64,000 nt of DNA from the NCBI GenBank assembly GCA_045541355.1, contig JAZQIW010000046.1, forward strand, positions 3,733-67,732, written 5' to 3'. Positions within the stretch are counted from its first letter, which is position 1. Every line of letters starts with the position of its first letter. The translations under genes and the position numbers were made by a program. The notes under the pieces were generated by a model. It was not told where the DNA came from, made no database searches, and was given only the letters and a program-made list of their open reading frames with translations. The stretch is from Eubacteriales bacterium (GTDB taxonomy: Bacteria; Bacillota; Clostridia; Oscillospirales; CAG-382). Below are positions 52,254-60,403 of this stretch, piece by piece.

Positions 52254-52284
52254 AGGCGGCTGTGTCCGCCTCGTTTGTTTTTTT
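52254..52284 (+). terminator. rho-independent terminator
   Basis: GAGGCGG-CTGTGT-CCGCCTC followed by a T-rich run. Confidence 0.75.
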
Positions 52285-52286
52285 GT

Positions 52287-52316
52287 AAAAAAAGCAGATG
52301 CCGTATCGGCATCTGC
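52287..52316 (-). terminator. rho-independent terminator (minus strand)
   Basis: GCAGATGCC-GTATC-GGCATCTGC preceded by AAAAAAA on the plus strand. Confidence 0.75.
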
Positions 52317-52335
52317 AAAGGATTGTATTCTCAGA

Positions 52336-53202
52336 TTATACTTCTACCTTGTAGCCGACCGAGTATTCTTCGTTCGGCTTTAATATTCTGATGTAGGGCT
52401 TGTCCTCGAAGTTTCCGCTTTCGCCGATTACGGGAGGAAGTCCGTTCCAGGGTTCAAGACAGAGATAGGGCGACTGCTTTCCGGGGGCGGTCCAGAGAAC
52501 AAGCTCTGAAAAGCCCGTGTAGTCAAAGGTAAGATGAACCTCTTGCGTTTTCTTGTTTACAATGGAAACCTTGTTGCTCTTTACACCCTTGACAAAGAGA
52601 GCATCAACGTCAAAATCCTTGTAGCATAATTCCCATTCTTTGCCCTCAAGACGCTTGTCAATTACAAAATCGTCACAGTATCTCGACTTTTCATCGCAGT
52701 GACCTATATCGCAGTTTTCATCCTGCTCAAATACAAGCTTGTAGTTTTCAATGCCGTCTTCAAGTAAAAATCCGGGATGGCCGCCTATGCAGAAGGGCAT
52801 ATCCTTCTCACCCTTGTTTGTTACGGTATAGGTTGTGGAAAAACCGTTATCACATATTTCGTGGGTGATTTTGAAGGAAAACTCAAAGGGATAGTTCTTT
52901 AGGGTTTCCTCACTCTCGCGCAGTTCAAATACCACCTTTGTGTCGGCAGATTCGATTAAAGCAAGCTCGCTTTGTCTTACAAAGCCGTGACGTGTGGGAA
53001 TGCAGCATTCCTTGCCTCCGATAAGGGTTTTGCCGTCAATAAGAGAGCTTACAAAGGGGAAAAGTGCCGGTGCTCTTCCCGGCCAGTATCTCTCGTCGCC
53101 TGTCCATACATATTCCTTGCCGCCTTTTTTGAAGGAGATGAGCTCTCCTCCGTGAGTTCCGGCAACGGCTTCGATGCCGTTTTTCTTTAATGTAACTGTC
53201 AT
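52336..53202 (-). CDS. aldose 1-epimerase family protein (LacX-like)
   Basis: 288 aa. HGGELISF, ALFPFV, HGF, GGHPGF and EPW motifs are arranged as in the galactose mutarotase-like fold. Confidence 0.75.
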   Translation of the reverse strand: MTVTLKKNGIEAVAGTHGGELISFKKGGKEYVWTGDERYWPGRAPALFPFVSSLIDGKTLIGGKECCIPTRHGFVRQSELALIESADTKVVFELRESEETLKNYPFEFSFKITHEICDNGFSTTYTVTNKGEKDMPFCIGGHPGFLLEDGIENYKLVFEQDENCDIGHCDEKSRYCDDFVIDKRLEGKEWELCYKDFDVDALFVKGVKSNKVSIVNKKTQEVHLTFDYTGFSELVLWTAPGKQSPYLCLEPWNGLPPVIGESGNFEDKPYIRILKPNEEYSVGYKVEV

Positions 53203-53275
53203 AATGTGCCTCCTTGATGTTTTTTCTTTACAGATACAGTATAAAACAAATCACGGCATTTTTCAAGTATTTGGC

Positions 53276-53304
53276 TTGACTTTTTAATGCGGCGGTTATA
53301 GAAT
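53276..53304 (+). promoter_or_regulatory. sigma-A promoter (TTGACT-17-TAGAAT)
   Basis: TTGACT at 53276-53281 and TAGAAT at 53299-53304. Confidence 0.5.
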
Positions 53305-53336
53305 AAAATTGTAATTTGTATGAGAGGATGAAGAAT

Positions 53337-54446
53337 ATGTCAAAGAGCTACGATGTTGCGGCGTTTATATGGCCGAGCTATACGGGCGATGAGCCGAGAA
53401 GCAGAATCTTTTGGCCCGAGGGATACGGTGAATGGCAGACGGTAAAGGCGTTTAAGGGATATATTCCCGAGGAAAAGTGGCCGAGAAAGCCTCTTTGGGG
53501 ATATGTGAACGAGGCAGACCCTTATGTTATGGAAATGGAGATTGAGGCGGCGGCAAGCCACGGGGTAAACGTGTTTATATATGACTGGTACTGGTTTGAT
53601 AACCGCCCGTTTCTTGAAATGTGCCTTGATAACGGCTATATGAAGGCGAGAAACAATGATAAGGTGAAGTTCTATATCATGTGGGCAAATCATACGGCAA
53701 CAAGCCTTTGGGATAAGAGAACTGCTGAGCTTGGCACTCCTATATGGGACGGTGCCGTTGACAGAAAAAGCTTTGATATAATTGTCAGAAAAACGGTGGA
53801 TATGTACTTCTCACACCCATCTTATTATAAGATAGACGGAAAACCCGTATATATGATTTATGACCTTTCCAATCTTTTGCGGGGACTTGGGGGAATTGAG
53901 AATACCAAAAAGGCTCTCGATTATTTCAGAGAAGAAACGGTAAAGGCGGGCTTTCCCGGACTTGAGCTGCAGCTTACGCTCAGAAGCGAGGCAAGCATGA
54001 ATACCACAGGCTTTGATGCGGCGTTTGAAGGAAACCTTGTGGATGCCGTACACCAACTCGGCTTTGACAGCGTGACACATTATCAGTTTGCACATTTTGC
54101 AAATCTTGACAGAGATTATCTTGAAATCCTTGAAGAGGTAAAGGCGGAATGGGATAAGATGGAAAAGCTGTTCAATATCCCGTATTATCCTCATATTTCG
54201 GTAGGCTGGGATACCTCCCCGAGATACAATAAGCTCACGGGTGCGGTTGTCAGAAACAATACCCCCGAAAATGTCAAGCGCGGCTTTGAAATGGCGAAAG
54301 AATATCTTGACTGCCATCCGTCTCTTAAGGCTCCGCTTGTTACGGTCAATAGCTGGAATGAATGGACCGAGACAAGCTATCTTGAACCCGATGACCTCTA
54401 TGGCTACGGATATCTTGAGGCGATAAGGGATACCTTCAAGGACTGA
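53337..54446 (+). CDS. GH99-like / WbsX-family glycosyl hydrolase-like protein
   Basis: About 369 aa with no signal peptide. Motifs are shared with 23266-26277 (see that entry). ATG at 53337 lies 8 nt after GAGAGGA. Confidence 0.6.
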   Translation: MSKSYDVAAFIWPSYTGDEPRSRIFWPEGYGEWQTVKAFKGYIPEEKWPRKPLWGYVNEADPYVMEMEIEAAASHGVNVFIYDWYWFDNRPFLEMCLDNGYMKARNNDKVKFYIMWANHTATSLWDKRTAELGTPIWDGAVDRKSFDIIVRKTVDMYFSHPSYYKIDGKPVYMIYDLSNLLRGLGGIENTKKALDYFREETVKAGFPGLELQLTLRSEASMNTTGFDAAFEGNLVDAVHQLGFDSVTHYQFAHFANLDRDYLEILEEVKAEWDKMEKLFNIPYYPHISVGWDTSPRYNKLTGAVVRNNTPENVKRGFEMAKEYLDCHPSLKAPLVTVNSWNEWTETSYLEPDDLYGYGYLEAIRDTFKD

Positions 54447-54559
54447 GCTTTTACGTGATTTTTCGTGTAAAATTGAATAAAATTAAAAAATTAATTCGTC
54501 ACATCCCATATATTTCAATTGAAAAATATGTACTAATTGCCAAACTTTGTGTGAAAGAC

Positions 54560-54588
54560 TTGACTTTTGCACACTTAATTAGTATAAT
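54560..54588 (+). promoter_or_regulatory. sigma-A promoter (TTGACT-17-TATAAT)
   Basis: TTGACT at 54560-54565 and TATAAT at 54583-54588, upstream of the TAXI-TRAP operon. Confidence 0.6.
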
Positions 54589-54645
54589 GTAAAATGAATA
54601 ATCCCTTTTTGAATTATTCAAATATAATTTTTGGAGGAAACACTC

Positions 54646-55608
54646 ATGAAGAAGACATTAAGTCTCGTTCTCGCGTGCCTTATGCTCCTTGCGGTTGTTA
54701 CAGGCTGCGGCGCAAAGGTCGACAAAATCGTGCTCGCAACAGGCGGCAACACAGGTACATATTATGCATACGGCATGGCTATGGGCCCCATCCTTGCTGA
54801 AAAGACAGACATTAAGTTTGACGTTCAGTCCACAGGCGCATCCAAGGCTAACATCCAGCTTATTCAGGTTGGTGAGGCTGACATGGCAGTAGTTCAGAAC
54901 GACGTTATGTATTATGCATATACAGGCACAGACCTTTTCACAGGTGAACAGACACAGGACTTTGCAGCAGTGGCAGTTCTTTATCCCGAGCTTTGCCAGA
55001 TTATCGCTACAAAGGACAGCGGCATCAAGACAGTAGCAGATCTTGCAGGTAAGCGCGTATCCGTAGGCGACGCAGGCAGCGGTGTTGAATTCAACGCAAA
55101 GCAGATTCTTGAAGCATACGGTATTGATATGAACGCTGATATCGAAAAGCAGAACCTCGGCTTCGGTCCCTCCGCAGATGCACTTAAGGACGGCAAGATT
55201 GATGCTTTCTTCTGCGTAGCAGGTATTCCTACAACAGCTATCACAGACCTTGCAATGAGCACAGACATCACGGTTGTTGCGGTTGAAGACGAAAAGTTCG
55301 ACGAGCTCAGCGCAAAGTACGGCTTCTATACACAGCAGACAGTTCCCGCCGGAACATATAACGGCATGGAAGAGGATGTAAAGACAGTTGCTGTTATGGC
55401 TACATACATCATTGATAAGGATGTTCCCGAAGAAGCAGTTTACAATATTACAAAGGCTATGTTTGAAAATAAGGAAGCTATCGCAGCTGCACACGCAAAG
55501 GGCGCAGAGCTTGATGCGGCAAAGGCAGTTGAGGGTATCCCTGCAGAAGTACCGCTTCATCCCGGTGCTGCAAAGTATTATAAGGAAATCGGCGTAATCG
55601 CTGAATAA
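54646..55608 (+). CDS. TAXI-family TRAP transporter solute-binding lipoprotein
   Basis: ATG at 54646 follows GGAGGA. Lipobox LAVVTGC. The GGNTGTYYAYG motif is typical of TAXI receptors. Confidence 0.85.
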   Translation: MKKTLSLVLACLMLLAVVTGCGAKVDKIVLATGGNTGTYYAYGMAMGPILAEKTDIKFDVQSTGASKANIQLIQVGEADMAVVQNDVMYYAYTGTDLFTGEQTQDFAAVAVLYPELCQIIATKDSGIKTVADLAGKRVSVGDAGSGVEFNAKQILEAYGIDMNADIEKQNLGFGPSADALKDGKIDAFFCVAGIPTTAITDLAMSTDITVVAVEDEKFDELSAKYGFYTQQTVPAGTYNGMEEDVKTVAVMATYIIDKDVPEEAVYNITKAMFENKEAIAAAHAKGAELDAAKAVEGIPAEVPLHPGAAKYYKEIGVIAE

Positions 55609-55622
55609 GCCTTAAAACTTTA

Positions 55623-56123
55623 ATGAACAAACACTCATTCGCAGCCGTAGTTGTGTTTATGATTACGGCTGTGATGTTTTGTTTACTCTCCTGCGAGCAA
55701 AAGGATGAAACGAAGGACAGGGGAAGCACAAAGGACACTCTGGTTCTTTGTTATTCCGAAACGGATAAGATAATTGAAAGCTTTGACGTTGTCGAAGGAG
55801 ACGAATTTTCTGTTGAGTTTATACATTCCGTAAATAAAAGCCCGGTCAAGGATGTTTTTGTAATCCGCGACGGAAAAATCTTTGCCGACAGAACCGTTTA
55901 TTCCGCATTCGGTGCGGGGGTTCAAACGGAGATTGAAGAGGGACAGACGCTCGAATACGACGAAAACGGAAACATGATAGTTTCGGGTTTTGACATAGAG
56001 TTTCCGCGGGTAAAATATATAGTGGGAACGGTGTCTGACCATGTGCTCTCTATTCGGGGGGAATCTATAAGCTTAAGAGATGTGTGCGGCAAGAACGCGC
56101 ATATTTACTTTGAATTGAGATAG
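55623..56123 (+). CDS. DUF1850 domain protein (TAXI-TRAP accessory)
   Basis: 166 aa with an N-terminal membrane anchor and an FIHSVNKSPV...SAFGAGV pattern. It occupies the conserved position between the TAXI receptor and the fused permease. Confidence 0.7.
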   Translation: MNKHSFAAVVVFMITAVMFCLLSCEQKDETKDRGSTKDTLVLCYSETDKIIESFDVVEGDEFSVEFIHSVNKSPVKDVFVIRDGKIFADRTVYSAFGAGVQTEIEEGQTLEYDENGNMIVSGFDIEFPRVKYIVGTVSDHVLSIRGESISLRDVCGKNAHIYFELR

Positions 56124-56133
56124 GAGGAAAATC

Positions 56134-58209
56134 ATGTCGGAAAACATGGAAATACAGAACTCTAACATAAATGCAGAGGATCTTATGGCTGAATTTGACC
56201 GAGAGTCCAATACCAGAAGGTTCACGGGTATTCCGTCATTAATAGTAAAGGTGCTGTTTATAGCCTTTGCCGTATTTACCTTCGGAACAAGATTTTTCAC
56301 GCTTCCCGAACAGGTCAGAATGTCCTCGTTCCTCGGAATTATAATGTTCCTCGGCTTTTTGGTGTATCCGCCCTATAAAAAACAGACCAAGAGAAAGAAT
56401 TTTATACCTTGGTACGATTTTGTTCTTGCAATAGTCGGTGCTACACCCTTTATGTACTATGCATTCAACTTCGATACAATCACAAGACGCGCCGTTATGA
56501 TTACAGACCTTGATAAAATCATGGGCGTTATCGGTATTGTAATGCTCTTTGAGCTTTGCAGACGTGCGGTAGGTGTACCGATACTCTTTGTTGCAGGCGG
56601 ATTTATTGCATATGCCTTTGCATACGGCAAGAGCCTTCACTCAATTGTATATAACCTTTTCTATACAACCAACGGTATCCCCGGAACACCCCTTAATGTT
56701 TGTTCAACCTTTATAGTATTCTTCATTATTTTCGGCGCATTTCTTGAAAAGACGGGTATCGGTAACTTTTTTGTAGACCTTGCAAACTCTATTGCAGGCT
56801 GGGCAAGCGGCGGACCTGCAAAGGTTGCGGTTATCTCCTCTGCCCTTGAAGGTATGTATTCAGGCTCCTCCGTTGCAAATACTGTCGGAAGCGGCTCGAT
56901 TACAATTCCTACAATGAAGAAGATAGGTTACAGACCTGAATTTGCGGCGGCAGTTGAGGCGGCAGCCTCCACAGGCGGTCAGATAATGCCTCCTATTATG
57001 GGTGCTGCGGCGTTTCTTATGTCAGAAATCACAGGCATCTCCTATGTAACAATTGCGGTAAGTGCCATTCTTCCTGCGGCGCTTTACTTTGCGGGAATCT
57101 TTATGATGATTCACTTTGAGGCAAAGAAGCTCGGTCTTCGCGGACTTCCCAAGGACAGTATTCCTAGCTTCTTTAAGCTTTTTGTGCGTAAGGGCTATCT
57201 CCTTCTTCCCATTGTTGTGCTTGTAGCCATGATGTCAAGAAGCACTCCCGCACAGTCGGCTTGTATGGCTATCCTTACAACACTTGTGATTATGCTTATT
57301 ACGGATGTTGTAAATGCAATCAAAAATAAGTCTTATGCAGACCTTGCCGTTGTCGGCGCACTCGGTGTTTTTGCGGTGCTGTATTTTGTGATGAATATGG
57401 GACTCGAAAACGCAGGTATCCTTGCAGGTGTTTGCTATATCGCACTTTCCTTTGTGGGTAAGCACTCCAAAGAATCGGGAAAAATTGCACTTGAAGCACT
57501 TGAAACGGGTATTAAGAATACAATGGGCGTTTCGCTTGCCTGCGGTCTTGCAGGTATAGTTGCAGGTGTTGTAACACTTACAAGCCTTGGCTCTACTCTC
57601 ATTGATGTAATAGTTCCCATAGCCCAGAATAATCTCTTTATTGCACTTTTCCTTACTATGATTTGCTGTATAGTTCTCGGTATGGGCGTTCCCACAACGG
57701 CGAACTATCTCATCATGGCAACCATTACAGCTCCTATTCTTATAGAAATGGGACTTCCCACCCTTGCGGCTCATATGTTCGTGTTCTACTTCGGTATTGT
57801 AGCCGATATCACTCCTCCCGTTGCCCTTGCTGCATATGCGGGCAGTGCTATCGCAGGCTCAAATCCCTTAAAGACGGGCGTCACCGCAACAAGACTTGCA
57901 ATTACGGCGTTTATCATTCCTTATATCTTTGCATATAACCCCAAGATGCTCTTTATAAATGCTACTCCCGTTGAGGTAGTTATAATTGTTGTGACAGCCT
58001 GCATCGGTATCTTTGCTCTTTCTGCGGCGCTTGAAGGATATATGTTCAGAAGAATGAAGATTTATGAAACACTTCCTCTTCTTGTCGGCGGTATTCTTCT
58101 CATTATCCCCGATAACCTTCTCAGTGCAATAGGCTTTGCTGTTGTGGCAGTTGTAGTTGTTATTCAGATTCTTGAAAGACATAACGATAAAAAGAAGCTT
58201 AATTCTTAA
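56134..58209 (+). CDS. TRAP transporter fused permease (TAXI type, DctQ/DctM-like fusion)
   Basis: 691 aa, highly hydrophobic with more than 15 predicted transmembrane segments. Last gene of the operon. Confidence 0.85.
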   Translation: MSENMEIQNSNINAEDLMAEFDRESNTRRFTGIPSLIVKVLFIAFAVFTFGTRFFTLPEQVRMSSFLGIIMFLGFLVYPPYKKQTKRKNFIPWYDFVLAIVGATPFMYYAFNFDTITRRAVMITDLDKIMGVIGIVMLFELCRRAVGVPILFVAGGFIAYAFAYGKSLHSIVYNLFYTTNGIPGTPLNVCSTFIVFFIIFGAFLEKTGIGNFFVDLANSIAGWASGGPAKVAVISSALEGMYSGSSVANTVGSGSITIPTMKKIGYRPEFAAAVEAAASTGGQIMPPIMGAAAFLMSEITGISYVTIAVSAILPAALYFAGIFMMIHFEAKKLGLRGLPKDSIPSFFKLFVRKGYLLLPIVVLVAMMSRSTPAQSACMAILTTLVIMLITDVVNAIKNKSYADLAVVGALGVFAVLYFVMNMGLENAGILAGVCYIALSFVGKHSKESGKIALEALETGIKNTMGVSLACGLAGIVAGVVTLTSLGSTLIDVIVPIAQNNLFIALFLTMICCIVLGMGVPTTANYLIMATITAPILIEMGLPTLAAHMFVFYFGIVADITPPVALAAYAGSAIAGSNPLKTGVTATRLAITAFIIPYIFAYNPKMLFINATPVEVVIIVVTACIGIFALSAALEGYMFRRMKIYETLPLLVGGILLIIPDNLLSAIGFAVVAVVVVIQILERHNDKKKLNS

Positions 58210-58278
58210 AAAAATTAGATTTGTGCACGGGTACCGGCTTTCGGATACCCGTGCTGCTAAAATATTTTCAAAAACCCC

Positions 58279-58307
58279 TTGACAAATGGAAAAAGGTGTG
58301 TTATTAT
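58279..58307 (+). promoter_or_regulatory. sigma-A promoter (TTGACA-17-TATTAT, TG-extended)
   Basis: TTGACA at 58279-58284, TGT, then TATTAT at 58302-58307. Confidence 0.65.
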
Positions 58308-58313
58308 ACTTAG

Positions 58314-58469
58314 GACAAAGAAGCAGAGCAATCTCACCCGGCGTTAAATGAGACGTAAGGTTAATATCCGAAGGCGGCAAAAACAGGCGGTGCACGGAAG
58401 TGTACTTCGATGCTTTGCGGCGAATGTGGGTGTTGTTGTTTTGCGAAGGTTATTTGACCTTCGTTTTTT
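58314..58469 (+). ncRNA. L20-type ribosomal-protein leader with intrinsic attenuator (infC-rpmI-rplT operon leader)
   Basis: A leader of about 190 nt lies between the promoter and infC. It ends in the hairpin CGAAGGT-TATTTG-ACCTTCG plus TTTTTT (58444-58469). Position and architecture match the Firmicute L20 leader. I could not align it to a covariance model by eye. Confidence 0.55.
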
Positions 58470-58506
58470 GTTTTGCCGAAAGGTAATTTTTTTGGAGGTG
58501 TTATTT

Positions 58507-59061
58507 ATAGCAACCAAGGAGCTTTCTATCAACGAAGAAATCAGAGCCAAGGAAGTCAGAGTAATCGACGATAACGGCGAGCAGGTAGGCGTAATTGCAG
58601 TATCTGCGGCGTTGGCAAAGGCTTATGAAAAAGGTCTTGACCTCGTTGAAATCTCGCCCAATGCCGTACCTCCCGTATGCCGCATAATGGATTACGGAAA
58701 GTACAGATTTGAAAGAGAGAAAAAGGAAAAAGAACAGAGAAAGAAGCAGACAACAATCGATATCAAGGAAATTCAGCTTTCCTGCCGTATCGACACCCAT
58801 GATTTTGAGACCAAGCTCAAGCACGCACGCAAGTTCCTTGAGAATGGCGCAAAGGTTAAGGTTTGTATCAAATTCAAGGGAAGAGAAATGAGCCATACCG
58901 CAATAGGACTTGAGGTAATCGAAAAGTTCGGCGAGGCTTGTACAGACATCGGTGTTATCGAAAAGAAGCCCGTTCTTGACGGTCGCCAGATGATAATGTT
59001 TGTAAACTCTAAGCTCAATGTGCCCCAGACGGGCTCCAAAAAGGCCGCAAAGGCAGAATAA
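58507..59061 (+). CDS. infC: translation initiation factor IF-3 (non-canonical ATA start proposed)
   Basis: KELSINEEIRAKEVRVIDDNGEQ...PPVCRIMDYGKYRFE aligns with the IF-3 N-terminus. GGAGG at 58494-58498 lies 8 nt before ATA at 58507. The track start at 58348 would add 53 non-homologous residues over the leader. Confidence 0.85.
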   Translation: MATKELSINEEIRAKEVRVIDDNGEQVGVIAVSAALAKAYEKGLDLVEISPNAVPPVCRIMDYGKYRFEREKKEKEQRKKQTTIDIKEIQLSCRIDTHDFETKLKHARKFLENGAKVKVCIKFKGREMSHTAIGLEVIEKFGEACTDIGVIEKKPVLDGRQMIMFVNSKLNVPQTGSKKAAKAE

Positions 59062-59114
59062 AGGCGCGGTCAATCCAAAAGTGTTAAAATTATAATTGAA
59101 AGGATGTTATTTCA

Positions 59115-59312
59115 GTGGGAAAGCAGAAGTCACACAAGGCGACAGCAAAACGTTTCAGCGTTACTAAGGGCGGAAAGGTTAAGTATAACCAGAGCCTCAG
59201 ACGTCATAAGCTCGGTATCAAGACACCTAAGAGAAAGCGTCAGCTCAGAGGCGGTGCAATCCTCAGCGAAAGCTTTGCACCTACAATCAAGAAGCTCATT
59301 CCTTACGCATAA
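59115..59312 (+). CDS. rpmI: 50S ribosomal protein L35
   Basis: GTG start. 65 aa, basic, with the sequence KQKSHKATAKRF...KRKRQLR. Confidence 0.9.
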   Translation: MGKQKSHKATAKRFSVTKGGKVKYNQSLRRHKLGIKTPKRKRQLRGGAILSESFAPTIKKLIPYA

Positions 59313-59355
59313 GACGCGTAAACACCAAATTGAAATTGAAAGGAAAGTGACATAA

Positions 59356-59715
59356 ATGGCAAGAGTAAAAGGCGCTCTTATGACAAGAAAGAGACGTAAT
59401 AAGGTATTAAAGGCAGCTAAGGGTTACTGGGGTGCAAAGTCTAAGCACTTCAAGATGGCTAAGCAGGCTGTTATGAAGAGTGGAAACTACGCATTCGTAG
59501 GCAGAAAGCTTAAGAAGAGAGACTTCAGAAGACTCTGGATCACAAGAATCTCTGCACAGGTTAAGGCTGTTGACGCAGACTTTAACTACTCCAGATTCAT
59601 GAATGGTCTTAAGAAGGCAGGCGTAACTCTTAACAGAAAGATGCTCGCTGAAATCGCTGTAAGCGATAAGGCTGCTTTCGCAGCACTCGTTGAGCAGGCT
59701 AAGGCTGCTCTCTAA
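59356..59715 (+). CDS. rplT: 50S ribosomal protein L20
   Basis: [29 protein letters not shown]...; 119 aa. Confidence 0.95.
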   Translation: MARVKGALMTRKRRNKVLKAAKGYWGAKSKHFKMAKQAVMKSGNYAFVGRKLKKRDFRRLWITRISAQVKAVDADFNYSRFMNGLKKAGVTLNRKMLAEIAVSDKAAFAALVEQAKAAL

Positions 59716-59734
59716 TTCGCATTATCCATACCTG

Positions 59735-59766
59735 TCCACCAACGCTTCGTCGTTGGTGGATTTTTT
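59735..59766 (+). terminator. rho-independent terminator after rplT
   Basis: TCCACCAACG-CTTCGT-CGTTGGTGGA followed by TTTTTT. Confidence 0.85.
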
Positions 59767-59902
59767 GCCTTCCGGTGAGATAGTAACAAATGTTTGGTTT
59801 TCCACCTTTTCTTTAGAAAAAGAAAAGGTTCGCCAAAAGAAACCGCAAAAGGAACATTTCTTTTTTTGATTTGAACAACACGTATTATTCTCGATTGAAG
59901 CG

Positions 59903-59938
59903 ATTCGCTGATGCCTTTTTGCATCAGCGAATTTTTTC
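59903..59938 (+). terminator. second rho-independent terminator, about 135 nt further downstream
   Basis: ATTCGCTGATGC-CTTTTT-GCATCAGCGAAT followed by TTTTTT. Confidence 0.75.
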
Positions 59939-60096
59939 TTTTTTCTTTTTTTAAGTTACATTTTTGTTTGGGAGGAGTTCCGCGGCTTGCCGGACAAAAA
60001 TGTAATTGTTAAATGTAACCGAAAAGAATAAACAATCAGAAAAAAGAGTTACATTATTATATATAATATATAGCAAACGAAAGAGAAAAGAATAAA

Positions 60097-60132
60097 GAAA
60101 AAGAAAAAGAACAAGAAAAAGAAAAAGAACAA
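60097..60132. repeat. perfect tandem duplication of an 18-bp purine tract (GAAAAAGAAAAAGAACAA x2)
   Basis: Copies at 60097-60114 and 60115-60132, inside a longer A/G-rich tract at 60081-60133. Confidence 0.9.
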
Positions 60133-60282
60133 CTCCCCCTGTAACATTATTGTAGCATAAGCGTAACCTTACTGTTGTTGAAAAGAATCAAAACACACTG
60201 TATAATAAAAACACAAAAGGAAAAAAGAACTATAAAGAACCTTTTGGAAATACAAGTAATAATAACATGTAAAAGATAGTTG

Positions 60283-60303
60283 TGTTACACTTATGTTACA
60301 CTT
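60283..60303 (+). repeat. direct repeat TGTTACACTT x2 with 11-bp phasing, upstream of the S-layer promoter
   Basis: Copies at 60283-60292 and 60294-60303, with a third related copy AATAACACTT at 60325-60334. GTTACA/TGTAAC cores also occur at 59955, 60014, 60048 and 60140. Confidence 0.8.
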
Positions 60304-60315
60304 CAAAAAAAGTTA

Positions 60316-60344
60316 TTGCAAAAAAATAACACTTGTATTATGAT
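60316..60344 (+). promoter_or_regulatory. sigma-A promoter (TTGCAA-17-TATGAT)
   Basis: TTGCAA at 60316-60321 and TATGAT at 60339-60344, about 60 nt upstream of the S-layer-type gene. Confidence 0.5.
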
Positions 60345-60403
60345 AATATCGTAACAAAACTAAAAGTTTTGCTATACAAAAAATTTACAGGAGGTAACTC
60401 ACC

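Noticed and set aside
54658-55560. 300-aa Cys-rich minus-strand ORF
   Set aside because: It is antisense to the TAXI solute-binding protein gene. Its Cys/Asn/Val-rich composition is typical of the reverse frame of a GCA/GAA-biased gene.
58348-58506. Upstream 53 codons of the track ORF for infC
   Set aside because: This Arg/Leu/Phe-rich sequence shows no IF-3 homology and covers the leader terminator. It is interpreted as the untranslated L20-type leader.
59104-59355. 83-aa ORF overlapping rpmI in another frame
   Set aside because: The alternative frame (59115-59312) encodes a clear L35 protein. This frame has no homology-like features.
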